Assembly: GCA_035267645.1 (NCBI GenBank)
Contig: DATFLN010000044.1
Location: 72,879 to 136,878, forward strand
DNA length: 64,000 bases
Direction: 5' to 3'
DNA from: Gemmatimonadota bacterium
Lineage (GTDB): Bacteria > Gemmatimonadota > Gemmatimonadetes > Palauibacterales > Palauibacteraceae
The notes under the pieces were generated by a model. The model made no database searches, was not told the DNA's origin, and saw nothing but the letters and a program-made list of their open reading frames with translations. Below, in pieces: positions 36,179 to 47,418 of the stretch (its first letter is position 1; each line of letters begins with the position of its first letter). The translations under genes and the position numbers were made by a program.

Positions 36179-37168
36179 TCACGGGCCGCCGCCCGCCGCC
36201 ACGGCCCCGCGCACGGACGGCGGCATCCGCGTCGTGTCGCCGACCGCCGCGGCGGCCGGCTCGTAGCCCCTCGACCGGAGCTCGGCCCGCCCCCGCTCCG
36301 AAAGCACGAACGCCAGGAACGCCCGGCCCACCGCCGGATCGGGGGCGTTGGCCGGCACCGTCCCCACGTACAGGATCGTCCCGCCCCGGAAGACGGTCCC
36401 GTCCGCGGCCCGGTAGCTCATCGTCCGGTACAGGCTGTCGTACGCCGGGTCGCCCAGGTCGACCTGGGGCGGGAGGGGGACCACCGACAGTCCCTGCGCC
36501 CGGGCCTCCGACCGGTAGAAGACGCCAGCGTCCAGCTGTCCGGTCTCCACCCGGGCCGCGAGCTGCTCCTCGGGGAAGACCTCGTCCTCCCCGCCCCGGA
36601 GGCTGTCGTCCAGGCCGCGGACTCCGTAGTGGCGCGCCGCGAGCCGGAAGAGCCACAGCGTCCGGTAGCCCTTGGGATCGAGCGCCGGGTCGGTGCGGCC
36701 GAAGCGGAAGCCGGGCCGCAGGAGGACCTTCCACCACGGCAGGAGGTCGCGGGCCGCGCTGTCCAGGGCCGGCGCGAAGCGGCCGCCGGCCCGGTAGCCC
36801 AGGGAGAGCTGGCCGGTGGCGAAGGCCACGCCCCAGCCCGGGTCCGCCGGGCCCAGGGTCTCCAGGGTCCCCGGGTCGGCGGTGAGGTAGGCGTCGGCCG
36901 CGACCACCCCGTCCCGGATCTGGTGCGCCCCGGCCGTCGAGCCGCGCGCCACGCCGCGGAAGCCCCGTCCTGTCGCCTGGCGAAAGGCGGGGCCGATCCC
37001 GTCCTCCATGGCGGCCGCGAGCGACGCGGCGTACACGACGTCGGCCGGACCCCGGCCCCGGTCGACGCGCCGGCAGCCGGCTGCGAGGACGGCGGCGAGG
37101 GCCACGGGCGCGATCGCGACCAGCACCGCGAGCGGCATCGCGGCGAGCGCCCGCCCCGGGACCCTCAT
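36179..37168 (-). CDS. periplasmic substrate-binding protein, molybdate/tungstate-type (ModA/WtpA-like)
   Basis: ATG 37168 overlaps the upstream stop (ATGA). Lipoprotein-like signal (AAVLAAGC). [12 protein letters not shown]...[21 protein letters not shown] matches the oxyanion-SBP pattern. Confidence 0.6.
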   Translation of the reverse strand: MRVPGRALAAMPLAVLVAIAPVALAAVLAAGCRRVDRGRGPADVVYAASLAAAMEDGIGPAFRQATGRGFRGVARGSTAGAHQIRDGVVAADAYLTADPGTLETLGPADPGWGVAFATGQLSLGYRAGGRFAPALDSAARDLLPWWKVLLRPGFRFGRTDPALDPKGYRTLWLFRLAARHYGVRGLDDSLRGGEDEVFPEEQLAARVETGQLDAGVFYRSEARAQGLSVVPLPPQVDLGDPAYDSLYRTMSYRAADGTVFRGGTILYVGTVPANAPDPAVGRAFLAFVLSERGRAELRSRGYEPAAAAVGDTTRMPPSVRGAVAAGGGP

Positions 37169-37875
37169 CCCGGCTCCTCCGCGAGCCGCCGGTAGTCCGC
37201 GGGCGTGTCGACGTCCGCCGGCGCGTCCGCTCCCGTCTCCACCTCGCGGACGTCCCCGGCCCGCTCCTCCAGGAGCCGGAGCGCGCCCTCGTCGCCCTCC
37301 AGGGCGGCGAGGTCCTCGAACCATCCCCGGCCGAAGACCACGGGGTGGCCGGGCCGGTCCCGGTAGCGGGCCCGGAGCGCGGGGCCGCCCGGCCGCCACG
37401 CGCCGACCACGCGGCGCACGGCGTCCGCGGAGAGCCGGGGCTCGTCGCCGAGGATCACGGCGATCGCGGCCACCGACGGATCCCCGGCCACGCGGCCCAC
37501 GCCCGCCGCCAGCGACGCGCCCTGCCCGCGGGAGGGGTCGTCCACGACCAGGAAGCGGAGGGCGCCGGCGGGAGCGCCGCCCCCGTCTCCCGGCTCGGAA
37601 GCCCCGGAGGCGTCGGGAGGCTCGGCGCCGGAGGCTCCCGGAGGCTCCCCGCCGCCCGGACCCTCCCCCACGGCCTCCAGGATCGCGGTGCGCACCTCCT
37701 CGGCCCGGGACCCGAGCACGACGAGCACGGGGGCGAGGCCGGCCGCGAGCGCGGCCTTCACGGGGCCCGCGATCACGGGCTCGCCGCCGACGCGGAGGAG
37801 GAGCTTGGATCCCGCCCCGAGACGGCTGGAGGTACCCGCGGCGAGCACGAGGCCCGCCACCCGCGGCGGGCTCAC
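37165..37875 (-). CDS. MobA-like nucleotidyltransferase (molybdenum cofactor cytidylyl/guanylyltransferase, MocA/MobA family)
   Basis: GTG 37875 overlaps the xdhC stop (GTGA). N-terminal [13 protein letters not shown] nucleotide-binding motif. Confidence 0.75.
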   Translation of the reverse strand: MSPPRVAGLVLAAGTSSRLGAGSKLLLRVGGEPVIAGPVKAALAAGLAPVLVVLGSRAEEVRTAILEAVGEGPGGGEPPGASGAEPPDASGASEPGDGGGAPAGALRFLVVDDPSRGQGASLAAGVGRVAGDPSVAAIAVILGDEPRLSADAVRRVVGAWRPGGPALRARYRDRPGHPVVFGRGWFEDLAALEGDEGALRLLEERAGDVREVETGADAPADVDTPADYRRLAEEPG

Positions 37876-38912
37876 GCCCTTCCCCGCCTCACCGCCACGA
37901 GCTCGGCCAGGATCGAGACGGCGATCTCCCGCGGTCCGAGCGCGCCGATGTCCAGGCCGACGGGACCGCGGATGCGGTCCAGCCGATCGGGCCCGAGGCC
38001 CCGCGCCTCCAGCGCCTCCCTCCGGAGCCGCTGGGTGCGGCCCCCGCCGATCTGGCCCACGTAGCGGCAGCCCGCCCGGAGCGCGGCCTCGAGGGCCGGG
38101 ACGTCGAGCTTGCGGTCGTGCGCCAGCACCACGACGTCCAGCCAGCGGTCCAGGCCCGCCTCGGCCAGCCCCTCCTCCGGCCACGCCTCGACCACCCGGG
38201 CCGCCTCGGGGAAGTTCGACGGGTCGGCGAAGGCGGCGCGCGGATCGACCACCGTGACCTCGTCCCCGAGCCACGCGGCCAGGTGGCAGAGCGCCTGCGC
38301 GACCGGGCTCGCCCCCACGATGGCCAGGCGGGGCGGCGGCAGGTACGCCTCGGCGAACACCGTCGCCTCCGGCTCGTCGAGCTCCAGGACGTCGGTGCCG
38401 CCCGTGCGCAGGAGGGGCCGGGCCGCCTCGATCGCGGCCTCGTCCAGCGCCGCGCCGCCCAGGCTCCCGGCGCGTCCTCCGCCCGCCTCCTCGAGCAGGA
38501 CCCGGCCCCGGATCCCCTCGGAGAGCCCGGTGAGGAGGAGAGCGGCCCCCCGCCGCTCGAGGACGTCCGCCGCCCGCTCCCACACGGGGCTCTCCGGGTC
38601 GTGCGGGGCCACGAGCACGTCGATCTCCCCGCCGCACGCCAGGCCCACCCCGGCCGCCATCTCGTCCGTGATCCCGTAGTGGAGGAGCCGCGGGTCCCCG
38701 CCCTCCAGCACCTGGCCGATGTGCTCGTGGAGGTCCCCCTCCACGCACCCGCTGGACACCGAGCCCGCCAGGCGCCCGTCCTCGCTCACCGCGAACCGGG
38801 CCCCGGGGCTCCGGGGGGCCGAGCGGCGGACGCGGACCAGCGTGGCCACCCCGGACCTGCGGCCCTCCTCCGACCAGCGGCCGAGCGGCTCCAGCACTTC
38901 CTCGAGGCTCAT
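37872..38912 (-). CDS. XdhC/CoxI-family molybdoenzyme maturation protein
   Basis: ATG 38912 follows [27 protein letters not shown]...GSVSSGCVE (XdhC_CoxI N-domain) and [13 protein letters not shown]... (Rossmann-like XdhC_C). Confidence 0.85.
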   Translation of the reverse strand: MSLEEVLEPLGRWSEEGRRSGVATLVRVRRSAPRSPGARFAVSEDGRLAGSVSSGCVEGDLHEHIGQVLEGGDPRLLHYGITDEMAAGVGLACGGEIDVLVAPHDPESPVWERAADVLERRGAALLLTGLSEGIRGRVLLEEAGGGRAGSLGGAALDEAAIEAARPLLRTGGTDVLELDEPEATVFAEAYLPPPRLAIVGASPVAQALCHLAAWLGDEVTVVDPRAAFADPSNFPEAARVVEAWPEEGLAEAGLDRWLDVVVLAHDRKLDVPALEAALRAGCRYVGQIGGGRTQRLRREALEARGLGPDRLDRIRGPVGLDIGALGPREIAVSILAELVAVRRGRA

Positions 38913-38922
38913 CGGACCTCCG

Positions 38923-38951
38923 TTGGCAGCCCGGTAGACGTTCCCTACATT
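38923..38951 (+). promoter_or_regulatory. candidate sigma70-type promoter TTGGCA-N17-TACATT for the form II cox-like operon
   Basis: Good -35/-10 spacing. The -10 lies in the shared 14-mer CCTACATTGGCGGG (38944..38957). 139 nt upstream of ATG 39090. Confidence 0.4.
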
Positions 38952-39089
38952 GGCGGGGTCCCGGAACCCGGCAGCCCGCCCGTGCGTCTCGGGCGGCCCG
39001 GCCGGGACCGTTCGTCCCGTACATCGTACGATCGGCGCGGAGCCGGGCCAAGCCGGCTCCGCGCCGGTCCCGCCCGGACGGAGGGCTGC

Positions 39090-39569
<480 letters not shown>

Positions 39570-39587
39570 AGGACCAGGAGGACCACG

Positions 39588-41918
39588 ATGGCCACCCCCA
39601 CCATGCCCAAGCAGATCGGCGCGCGCGTCCGGAGGAAGGAGGACCCGCGGCTCATCACCGGCTCCTCCACCTACACGGACGACCTGAAGCTCCGGGGCGC
39701 GGTCCACTGCGCGCTCCTGCGGAGCCCACACGCCCGCGCCCGCGTTCTCTCCATCGACACCTCCGGCGCGGAGGAGACCGACGGCGTGGTGGCGGTGGTG
39801 ACGGGCCGGGACCTCGAGGGGGAGGTCGGCGGCCTGCCCGTGGCCCACAAGATCGAAGGCCTCCTCGAGCCTCCCCACCTTCCACTGGCCGTCGACGAGG
39901 TGCGCTACGTGGGGGACGCGGTCGCGGCCGTCGTGGCCGAGACCGCATTCGCCGCGCGCGACGCGCTCGAGCGGATCGAGGTCGAGTACGAGGAGCTGGA
40001 CCCGGTGGTGGACGTGGAGGCCGCCGCCGAGGGCGGGCCCCTCGTGCACGAGGACCTGGGCACGAACGTGGCCTTCGAGTTCCCCTTCGAGGCCGGCGAC
40101 GTGGAGACGGCCTTCCGCGACGCCCCCGTCGTGATCCGCCAGCGGCTGATGAACCAGCGGCAGATCCCGTTCGCGGTCGAACCGCGCGCGGTGGCGGCCC
40201 GCTGGGACCGGGGGCACCGCAAGCTCGAGGTGTGGTCGACCACGCAGATCCCCCATCTCCTCCGCGCCCAGCTCTCGCTTATCCTCGGAATGCCGGAGCA
40301 CAGCGTCCGCGTGGTGGCGCCCGAGGTGGGCGGCGGCTTCGGGAGCAAGCTCAACGTGTACGCCGAGGAGGCCCTGGTCGGGCACCTGGCCCGCGCGCTG
40401 GGCCGGCCCGTGAAGTGGACCGCGACCCGCACCGAGGGCTTCCAGGCCACGATCCACGGCCGGGACCAGCTGGCCGAGGTCGAGGTGGCCGCCGAGGAGG
40501 ATGGAACGCTGAGGGGAATGAAGGTCCGCCTCCTCCAGGACCTCGGGGCCTACCACCAGCTCCTCACGCCCGTGATCCCCACGCTCACGGTGCTCATGCT
40601 CCCGGGCGTCTACCGGCTCCGGAACCTCCGGGTCGACCTGAAGGGCGTGTTCACCAACAAGACCCCGACCGACGCCTACCGCGGCGCCGGCCGGCCCGAG
40701 GCCACCTACATCATCGAGCGGGTGGTCGACATGGTGTCGGACGAGACGGGCGTGGATCCGGCCGAGGTCCGCCGCCGGAACTTCATCCCGGACGACGCGT
40801 TCCCCGCCGAGACGTGCACGGGCCTCTCGTACGACAGCGGCGGCTACGGCGCGGCGCTCGACGCCCTGCTCGAGGCCGCCGACTACGAGGGGCTTCGGCG
40901 CGAGCAGGCCGGGAAGCGCGAGCGCGGGGAGCTCATGGGGATCGGCCTCTCCACCTACGTCGAGATCTGCGGTCTCGGTCCCTCCGCGGCCATGCCGGCG
41001 GGAGGCTGGGAGGCGTGCACGGTCGAGGTGCGGCGGACGGGGAACGTGGTCGTGAAGACGGGGGTGAGCCCCCACGGGCAGGGCGAGGAGACCACCTTCG
41101 CCCAGATCGTGGCCGACGCGTTGGGGGTCTCGATGGACGCGGTGGAGATCGCCCACGGGGACACCGACTACGTCCCCGAGGGGATCGGCACCTTCGGCTC
41201 GCGCGCGCAGGCCGTGGGCGGCGCGGCCCTGTCCCTGTGCCTCGAGGACCTGCGCGAGAAGTCCAGGAAGATCGCCGGCCACCTTCTCGAGGCCGACCCG
41301 GAGGACGTCGAGTTCGAGGAGGGAGAGCTGCGCATCCGGGGCGCGCCGGGCCGGAGCGTAGGGTTCGGGGACGTGGTCGGGGCGGCGTACATGGCCGACG
41401 ACCTCCCCGAGGGCGTCGAGCCGGGGCTGGCCGCCACCCGCTTCTTCGAGCCCCCGAACTTCACCTTCCCCTTCGGCGCCCACCTGTGCGTGGTGGACGT
41501 CGACCCGGACACCGGGGAGCCGAGCCTCCGGAAGTACGTCGCCGTCGACGACTGCGGGACCGTGATCAACCCGATGATCGTGGACGGCCAGCTCCACGGG
41601 GGGATCGCCCAGGCGGTGGCGCAGGCCCTTTACGAGGAGGCGGTGTACGACGAGAGCGGACAGCTCGTCACCGGGAGCCTCATGGACTACCCCGTCCCCA
41701 AATCGACCTACCTCCCGTCCTACGAGCTCCACCGTACCACGACCCCCACGCCCGTGAACCCGCTCGGGGCCAAGGGGGTGGGCGAAGCCGGGACGATCGG
41801 GGGCACGCCCTGCGTGATGAACGCCGTGATCGACGCCGTGTCGCACCTGGGGGTCCGCCACCTGGACATGCCCGCCCGGCCCGAGAAGCTGTGGCGCGTC
41901 CTCGCCGAGAGCCGCTGA
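39588..41918 (+). CDS. molybdopterin-binding large subunit, form II CoxL-like (AYRGAGR signature)
   Basis: 776 aa. Signature AYRGAGR at 40674..40694. GGGFGSK motif. S-L-M gene order. Confidence 0.9.
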   Translation: MATPTMPKQIGARVRRKEDPRLITGSSTYTDDLKLRGAVHCALLRSPHARARVLSIDTSGAEETDGVVAVVTGRDLEGEVGGLPVAHKIEGLLEPPHLPLAVDEVRYVGDAVAAVVAETAFAARDALERIEVEYEELDPVVDVEAAAEGGPLVHEDLGTNVAFEFPFEAGDVETAFRDAPVVIRQRLMNQRQIPFAVEPRAVAARWDRGHRKLEVWSTTQIPHLLRAQLSLILGMPEHSVRVVAPEVGGGFGSKLNVYAEEALVGHLARALGRPVKWTATRTEGFQATIHGRDQLAEVEVAAEEDGTLRGMKVRLLQDLGAYHQLLTPVIPTLTVLMLPGVYRLRNLRVDLKGVFTNKTPTDAYRGAGRPEATYIIERVVDMVSDETGVDPAEVRRRNFIPDDAFPAETCTGLSYDSGGYGAALDALLEAADYEGLRREQAGKRERGELMGIGLSTYVEICGLGPSAAMPAGGWEACTVEVRRTGNVVVKTGVSPHGQGEETTFAQIVADALGVSMDAVEIAHGDTDYVPEGIGTFGSRAQAVGGAALSLCLEDLREKSRKIAGHLLEADPEDVEFEEGELRIRGAPGRSVGFGDVVGAAYMADDLPEGVEPGLAATRFFEPPNFTFPFGAHLCVVDVDPDTGEPSLRKYVAVDDCGTVINPMIVDGQLHGGIAQAVAQALYEEAVYDESGQLVTGSLMDYPVPKSTYLPSYELHRTTTPTPVNPLGAKGVGEAGTIGGTPCVMNAVIDAVSHLGVRHLDMPARPEKLWRVLAESR

Positions 41919-41928
41919 GGAGGAGGAG

Positions 41929-42786
41929 ATGCTGCCGAGCGCGTTCGACTACGTGGCCCCCTCCTCGCTCGAGGAGGCGATCGAGGCCCTGGGCGCCGAT
42001 CCCGACGCCCGCATCCTGGCGGGAGGCCAGAGCCTCATCCCGCTGCTCAAGCTCCGCCTCGCGCGCCCGGGGCGGCTGGTCGACCTGCGGAAGGTCGGCG
42101 GGCTACGGTACCTCCGGGAGGAGGACGGAGGCGTCGCGATCGGGGCGATGACCCCCCACGCCGAGGTCGCCGCCTCGCCGCTCCTCGCGGGCGAGGCCCG
42201 CGCCCTGGCCGGGGCCGCCGCGGCCGTGGGCGACGTCCAGGTCCGGAACCGGGGCACGTTCGGCGGGAGCCTGGCGCACGCCGACCCGTCGGCCGACATC
42301 CCCGCGGCCGTGCTCGCCCTGGGCGCCACGCTCGTGGCGCGCGGCCCCGACGGCGAGCGGGAGATCCCGGCCGAGGACTTCTTCCTGGCGCCGTGGACCA
42401 CGGCCCTGCGCCCCGACGAGATCCTGACCGGCGCCCGCATCCCTGTCCGCGAGGGCTCGGCCGGGGCGTACGCGTACCTGCGGCAGAAGGCCTCGGGCTT
42501 CGCCCTCGTGGGCGTGGCCGCGGTCCTCGAGATGGACGGCTCGACGTGCCGCGCCGCGCGCCTGGCGGTCACCGGCGCCGGGAACCGCCCCCTGCGCCTG
42601 CGGGAGGCCGAGGAGGCGCTGGCCGGCATCGACCCGACGGACGGGGATGCGGTACGGGAGGCCTGCCGCGGGGCGGGCGACGCGATCGAGAGCCCCCAGG
42701 ACGACCTCCACGCCTCCGCCGACTACCGCCGTTCCATGACGGAGGTCATCGCCGCCCGCGCCGTGAGCCGGGCGGCGTCGAGCTGA
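41929..42786 (+). CDS. FAD-binding medium subunit (CoxM-like) of the form II enzyme
   Basis: [16 protein letters not shown]...[19 protein letters not shown] and [15 protein letters not shown]. Confidence 0.9.
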   Translation: MLPSAFDYVAPSSLEEAIEALGADPDARILAGGQSLIPLLKLRLARPGRLVDLRKVGGLRYLREEDGGVAIGAMTPHAEVAASPLLAGEARALAGAAAAVGDVQVRNRGTFGGSLAHADPSADIPAAVLALGATLVARGPDGEREIPAEDFFLAPWTTALRPDEILTGARIPVREGSAGAYAYLRQKASGFALVGVAAVLEMDGSTCRAARLAVTGAGNRPLRLREAEEALAGIDPTDGDAVREACRGAGDAIESPQDDLHASADYRRSMTEVIAARAVSRAASS

Positions 42787-42890
42787 AGCGCGGGAGCGGG
42801 GGACGCCCCGCCCCCCGGGACCTCCGCCGCCCGGGAGGACCCGGGAGCCTGCGTCGGCCGATCCTCGAGTCGGGGTCGCGGCTGGCCTAC

Positions 42891-44123
42891 GTGGCGATCC
42901 TCCTCCTGGCGACGCTGTCGCCCTTCGTCCTCCGGGTCCCGCCGGAAGGGATCGGTCACCTCCTGGCCGCGGCCACGCACCGCGGTTTCACGCCATCGGA
43001 CGCCGTGGACGCGGTCCGCAACGTCGTCCTGTTCGCCGGCTGGGGCCTCCTGTGGGTGATGACGGCCCGGCCCGGATCGGCCCGGTGGGGCCGGCCGGTC
43101 CTCCTGGCGACCGTGACCGGCGCCCTCCTGAGCGTGACCCTGGAGCTGACCCAGCTCCTCGTGCCCACCCGGACCACGAGCCTCCTGGACGTCCTCACCA
43201 ACACCGCGGGCTCCGCGCTGGGGGCGGTCATCGCGCTCGGGCTGGTGGCCGGGGCGCGGCTCCAGCGCCGCCGGCGCTCCTACCTGGGCGTCCCGGCCTC
43301 GCACCTGGCGGGAGCGTACGGCCTCGCGACGGCCTTCGAGGCGGCCTTCCCCCTGATGCGGAGTGGAAGGCCGGGCATGTACGGCGGTCCCGCGGGGCGG
43401 CTCGCGTGGAGCCTCCGGCACCTGGACCCCGGCTCCCTCCTCCATCTCCCCCTGTTCGACACGCTCCTCTTCCTGCCGGCCGGGTTCCTGGCGGTGGCGG
43501 CGATGGTAGAGGGCGGCATGGAGTACGGGCGGGCGGCCGCGTGGACCGCGACGGGGGGGCTCGTCCTGGCCCTGGGCGGCGAGGCCGTCCACCTGTTCCT
43601 CGCCCAGCCCGTGGTCCTCGGCGCCGTGCTCGTCCACGCCGCCGCGATCGGCGCCGGAGCCTGGGCTGCGGCCCGGCACGTGCCCGCCATGACCCGCCGC
43701 TGGCGCGGGCGCTCGCGGGCGCTCCTGCTGCTGGCCGCCTACGTCGTCGTGCTCGCACTGTGGACCTGGCGGCCCTTCGACCTGGCGCTCCCCTCCGGCG
43801 GCCTCTCGTGGCGGCGGCTCCTCCCCATGGCCAGCCAGAGTGCCCGCTCGGACCTGTACAGCGTGAGCGACGTGGCCATCGCGTTCCTGCTGTTCATCCC
43901 CATCGGGAGCCTGCTGGCCGCGTGGCCGCTCCGCCGCGAGGGACCGGCGGCCGGCCTCCTCCCCGCTCTCGCCCTCTCCCTGGTGCTCGAGGCCGGCCAG
44001 CTCCTGGTGGCGTCCCGGTTCGTGGACGTGACCGACGCCCTCGTGACGTTCGCCGGAGCCGCCGTGGCGTGGGCGGTCATGCGGGAGGCCGGCTACCCGG
44101 TGCGGGGCACGCTCCTGGAATGA
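42891..44123 (+). CDS. VanZ-like polytopic membrane protein (two VanZ-like halves)
   Basis: Multi-TM protein with VRNVVLFAGWG...LLDVLTNTAGSALG and, in a second half, AFLLFIPIGS...VDVTDALVTFAGAAVAW. Start uncertain; GTG 42891 is the first canonical start after the coxM-like stop. Confidence 0.6.
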   Translation: MAILLLATLSPFVLRVPPEGIGHLLAAATHRGFTPSDAVDAVRNVVLFAGWGLLWVMTARPGSARWGRPVLLATVTGALLSVTLELTQLLVPTRTTSLLDVLTNTAGSALGAVIALGLVAGARLQRRRRSYLGVPASHLAGAYGLATAFEAAFPLMRSGRPGMYGGPAGRLAWSLRHLDPGSLLHLPLFDTLLFLPAGFLAVAAMVEGGMEYGRAAAWTATGGLVLALGGEAVHLFLAQPVVLGAVLVHAAAIGAGAWAAARHVPAMTRRWRGRSRALLLLAAYVVVLALWTWRPFDLALPSGGLSWRRLLPMASQSARSDLYSVSDVAIAFLLFIPIGSLLAAWPLRREGPAAGLLPALALSLVLEAGQLLVASRFVDVTDALVTFAGAAVAWAVMREAGYPVRGTLLE

Positions 44124-44139
44124 GCCCGGCCGAGCGGGC

Positions 44140-45279
44140 CTAGAGCCGGATCATCCGGGCCAGGTCCCGGAGCGCCTCGACGCTGTGGCCGGGAGCGAAC
44201 TCGTCCACGTACGGGAGGGCCGCCTTCATCCCCCTCGCCTCCGGCTCGTAGTCCGGGCTCCCGAGGAGCGGGTTGAGCCAGATCACCTTCCTCGCGCGCC
44301 GCTGCAGCGCCCGCATGGCCCGCTCGAGCGGCGCGGGGTCGCCGCGGTCGAGTCCGTCCGAGAGGATCACGACCACGGTCTTCCGCCCCAGCAGGCGGCG
44401 GCCGTGCTCCTCCACGAACGTCTCCAGGCACCCGCCGATGCGGGTCCCGCCCGGCCACGCCTCCATGCGCGCGGCTATCGCCTCCAGGGCCTCGGACGGC
44501 CGCCCCCGTCGGCCTCGCCGCCCCGCGCCCAGCGCCAGGAGGCGCGTGCTGAACGCGAAGGCCGAGACGTCGTCGACGCGGGAGAGGGCCAGGATGAAGC
44601 GGAGGAGGAAGCGGCTGTAGCGCTCCATCGAGCCGCTCACGTCGCACAGGAGCACGATGCGCGGCTTCTCCTCCCGCCGAACGCGGCGGGCCAGGCGCAC
44701 CAGCTCGCCCTCGTGGCGGACGGCCCCGCGCAGGCTCCGCCGCAGGTCGATCCTCCCGCCGGTTCGGGCGGGCCGGGTGCGGCGGCTGCGGCGCGTGGCC
44801 AGCTTCAGCGCCATGCGGTCCAGGATTCGCTCCAGGGAGCGCACCTCGCGCTCGTCCAGGGAGGCGAACGAGCGGCGGGTGAGGCCCTCCGAGGGGCTGT
44901 AGGCGCTCCGCTCGGCCACGAGGTCCCCGGTCCTCCGGGACGGAGGGGCCGACCGGCCCGAGAGGCGCTCGAGGACGCTCGGATCGCCCGCGCCCGTACG
45001 CCTTCCCGTCCCGCGGCGGCCGCTCTCGCCCGACCGCCGCCCCCGTCTCCGCTCGCTCCGGCCGGCCGACTCCGCGCGCCCGGGCGTGCCCCATGCCGCC
45101 CAGAAGCAGCGGTCGAAGGCCGGGATGTCCGCGGGATCGGAGAGGAAAGCGGCCCGCAGGCCGAAGTAGACGTCCAGCGCATCCCCGAGATCCAGGTACT
45201 CGAGAGCGTCGCGTGCGGCGAGCGACTCGGGCAGGGTGCAGCCGACCCCCTCGGCCCGGAGCGAGCGCGCCAGGCCCAC
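44140..45279 (-). CDS. coxE: VWA-domain protein CoxE
   Basis: MIDAS LLCDVSGSM, and a typical CoxE tail VIWLNPLLGSPDYEPEARGM. Start uncertain (GTG 45279 or upstream non-canonical). Confidence 0.8.
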   Translation of the reverse strand: MGLARSLRAEGVGCTLPESLAARDALEYLDLGDALDVYFGLRAAFLSDPADIPAFDRCFWAAWGTPGRAESAGRSERRRGRRSGESGRRGTGRRTGAGDPSVLERLSGRSAPPSRRTGDLVAERSAYSPSEGLTRRSFASLDEREVRSLERILDRMALKLATRRSRRTRPARTGGRIDLRRSLRGAVRHEGELVRLARRVRREEKPRIVLLCDVSGSMERYSRFLLRFILALSRVDDVSAFAFSTRLLALGAGRRGRRGRPSEALEAIAARMEAWPGGTRIGGCLETFVEEHGRRLLGRKTVVVILSDGLDRGDPAPLERAMRALQRRARKVIWLNPLLGSPDYEPEARGMKAALPYVDEFAPGHSVEALRDLARMIRL

Positions 45280-45341
45280 GACCCAACGGTCGGCTCGGCC
45301 CCGTTCCAGCTCCGCGGCGCCCCGCTCCCCGTGCCCGGAGC

Positions 45342-46325
45342 TCAGGCGCCCTCCGGCGGCCCGGTCCCCTCGCTCCCGCCCGTCCCGCCTCCGGAGCCGC
45401 CGCCCCCCCCGCCCGCGGCGCCCTCCGTGCCGTCCCCATCCGCCGACCGGGTCAGCACCGCCGTCAGGAGCCGCTCGACCTCCGCGGGCCCCATCGACTC
45501 CATGTCGTTCCGGTCCTTGAGGAGACAGCCCAGCGTGGCCCGCACCGTGGCGGGCTCGAGGCTCTCCACTTCGAGGTCCTCCAGGGCCCGCGCCCAGTCG
45601 AGCGTCTCGGCCACCCCCGGACGCTTGTAGAGCTTCTCCTCCCGGAGCCGCTCCACGAAGCGCGCCACCTCCTCGTCCAGCCCCGACCGGAGCTCCGGCA
45701 CGCGCGCGCGGAGGATCCTCAGCTCCTTCTCCAGCGAGGGATAGTCCACCCACAGGTACAGGCAGCGGCGGCGGAGCGCGTCGCTCAGCTCCCGGGTGCC
45801 GTTCGAGGTGAGGACGACGTACGGCCGGCTCCGGGCGCGCAGGGTGCCGAGCTCGGGGATCGTGACCTGGAAGTCGGACAGCAGCTCGAGGAGGAACGCC
45901 TCGAACTCCTCGTCCGCCCGGTCGATCTCGTCGATGAGGAGCACCGGAGGGTCCTCGCGGCTGATCGCCTGGAGGAGCGGACGCTCGAGGAGGTACTGAC
46001 GGTCGAAGATCGTCTCCTCGAGCTCGCGGGCCGAGGCGCCCTCCGCCTCGCCCAGACGGATGCGGAGGATCTGGCGGGGGTAGTCCCACTCGTACAGGGC
46101 CGTGTTCACGTCGAGGCCCTCGTAGCACTGGAGCCGGATGAGCTCCATGCCGAAGGCGGCCGCCACGACTTTGGCGATCTCTGTCTTCCCGACCCCGGCC
46201 TCCCCCTCCACGAGGAGAGGCTTGCGGAGCCGACGGGCCAGGTGCACGGACGTGGCGATGTCGCGGTCGGCCACGTACCCCTGCGCTCCCATCGCGTCGA
46301 CGATGTGTCGAATGGCCTCTTCCAC
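45342..46325 (-). CDS. coxD: MoxR-type AAA+ ATPase CoxD
   Basis: Walker A GEAGVGKTE, Walker B LLIDEIDRA. Sits between the XdhC-like gene and coxE downstream of coxL. Confidence 0.88.
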   Translation of the reverse strand: MEEAIRHIVDAMGAQGYVADRDIATSVHLARRLRKPLLVEGEAGVGKTEIAKVVAAAFGMELIRLQCYEGLDVNTALYEWDYPRQILRIRLGEAEGASARELEETIFDRQYLLERPLLQAISREDPPVLLIDEIDRADEEFEAFLLELLSDFQVTIPELGTLRARSRPYVVLTSNGTRELSDALRRRCLYLWVDYPSLEKELRILRARVPELRSGLDEEVARFVERLREEKLYKRPGVAETLDWARALEDLEVESLEPATVRATLGCLLKDRNDMESMGPAEVERLLTAVLTRSADGDGTEGAAGGGGGGSGGGTGGSEGTGPPEGA

Positions 46326-46352
46326 GCTCGCTCCCGTCCCGGCTTCGGCTCC

Positions 46353-47375
46353 CTACGCCCCGAACGCCGCCGGGTCAGCCCGGAAGCGCTCGCGGCAACC
46401 CTCGCAGCAGAAGTGGTACACCGTGCCCTCCCACGCGAGCGTGATGGCCGACCCGACCGTGTCGACCTCCATGCCGCACACCGGGTCCACGGCCGTCCCG
46501 CCGGCGACGGACTCCGGGCCGGCCGCATCCGGCGGCGGCGTGGAGCCGATCCGCCGCTCGATCAGCTCCGCGAGGATGCTGACGGCGATCTCGGCGGGGG
46601 TCTCCGCCCCGAGGTCGAGCCCCGCGGGCCCGGAGAGTCGCTCCAGGCGCCCGGGCGGGACGCCGCGGTCGGCCAGGCGGCGGCGGACCTCCCCGGTCCG
46701 GCGGGGGCTCGCCACCAGGCCCACCCATCCCGCACCCGCCCCGAGCGCGCGCTCGGCCGCAGTCTCGTCCCACACCCCCATGGTGGCGACCACGGCCGCG
46801 CGGACGCCGGGGGAGCCCACCGCTCCCGGCGCCGGACCCTCCTCGGCGTCCGGCGCCGCCTCCGCGGCCGCAACGTCCTCCCCCGTCGCCGCCGCGCCCC
46901 CATCCGTTCCCGGCCCTCCGCGGCGCACCACCGTCCACCCGAGCGTCGGCGCCATCGCCTCGAGGGCGGCGACCACGGGCGAGTCCCCGTACAGCTCCAG
47001 CACGGGAGCCGGAGGATAGGGCTCGAGGAAGATCTCCACGGTTCCCCCGCTGTGGCAGGTCATCGGGTGGGAATGGACGTCGGGCTCGAGGCCGGCCCCG
47101 GAGAGCCCGGCTGCGCCCGGCTCCCCGGGCGCGAGGAGCACGCGCCGCGGACGGCCCTCCCCCAGGGCGGCCAGCGCCTCGCGGCGCACCACGGGCTCGA
47201 TGCAGCTCCCGCCCAGGAAGCCGCGCAGGGTGCCGTCCGGGAGGACGAGGGCCTTCTGGGCCGGGCGGGCCGAGCTGGGGGCGCGGCGCCCCACGATCGT
47301 GGCCAGGACGAACCCCTCGCCCCGGGCCGCGAGGCGGCCGGCCTCCGCCAGGACCTCGCGTCCGGACGCGCTCAA
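46353..47375 (-). CDS. XdhC/CoxI-family maturation protein fused to a C-terminal YHS (TRASH-type metal-binding) domain
   Basis: N-terminus FVLATIVGRRAPSSARPAQKALV...GFLGGSCIE (XdhC_CoxI). C-terminal 45 aa DPVCGMEVDTVGSAITLAWEGTVYHFCCEGCRERFRADPAAF matches the YHS pattern. Confidence 0.8.
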   Translation of the reverse strand: MSASGREVLAEAGRLAARGEGFVLATIVGRRAPSSARPAQKALVLPDGTLRGFLGGSCIEPVVRREALAALGEGRPRRVLLAPGEPGAAGLSGAGLEPDVHSHPMTCHSGGTVEIFLEPYPPAPVLELYGDSPVVAALEAMAPTLGWTVVRRGGPGTDGGAAATGEDVAAAEAAPDAEEGPAPGAVGSPGVRAAVVATMGVWDETAAERALGAGAGWVGLVASPRRTGEVRRRLADRGVPPGRLERLSGPAGLDLGAETPAEIAVSILAELIERRIGSTPPPDAAGPESVAGGTAVDPVCGMEVDTVGSAITLAWEGTVYHFCCEGCRERFRADPAAFGA

Positions 47376-47418
47376 CGGTCCCGCGGCCGCGGGCCCGCCC
47401 CGGGAGACGGGGCGGGCC

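Noticed and set aside
42393-42890. Long N-terminal extension of the VanZ-like ORF
   Set aside because: It overlaps coxM-like coding sequence in another frame and translates to an Arg/Gly/Pro-rich sequence. The hydrophobic VanZ-like protein begins only after the coxM-like stop.
44140-46325. MoxR AAA+ ATPase plus VWA protein as an independent system (such as a defence or stress system)
   Set aside because: Their position directly downstream of form I coxMSL and the XdhC-like gene, on the same strand, identifies them as coxD and coxE maturation factors.
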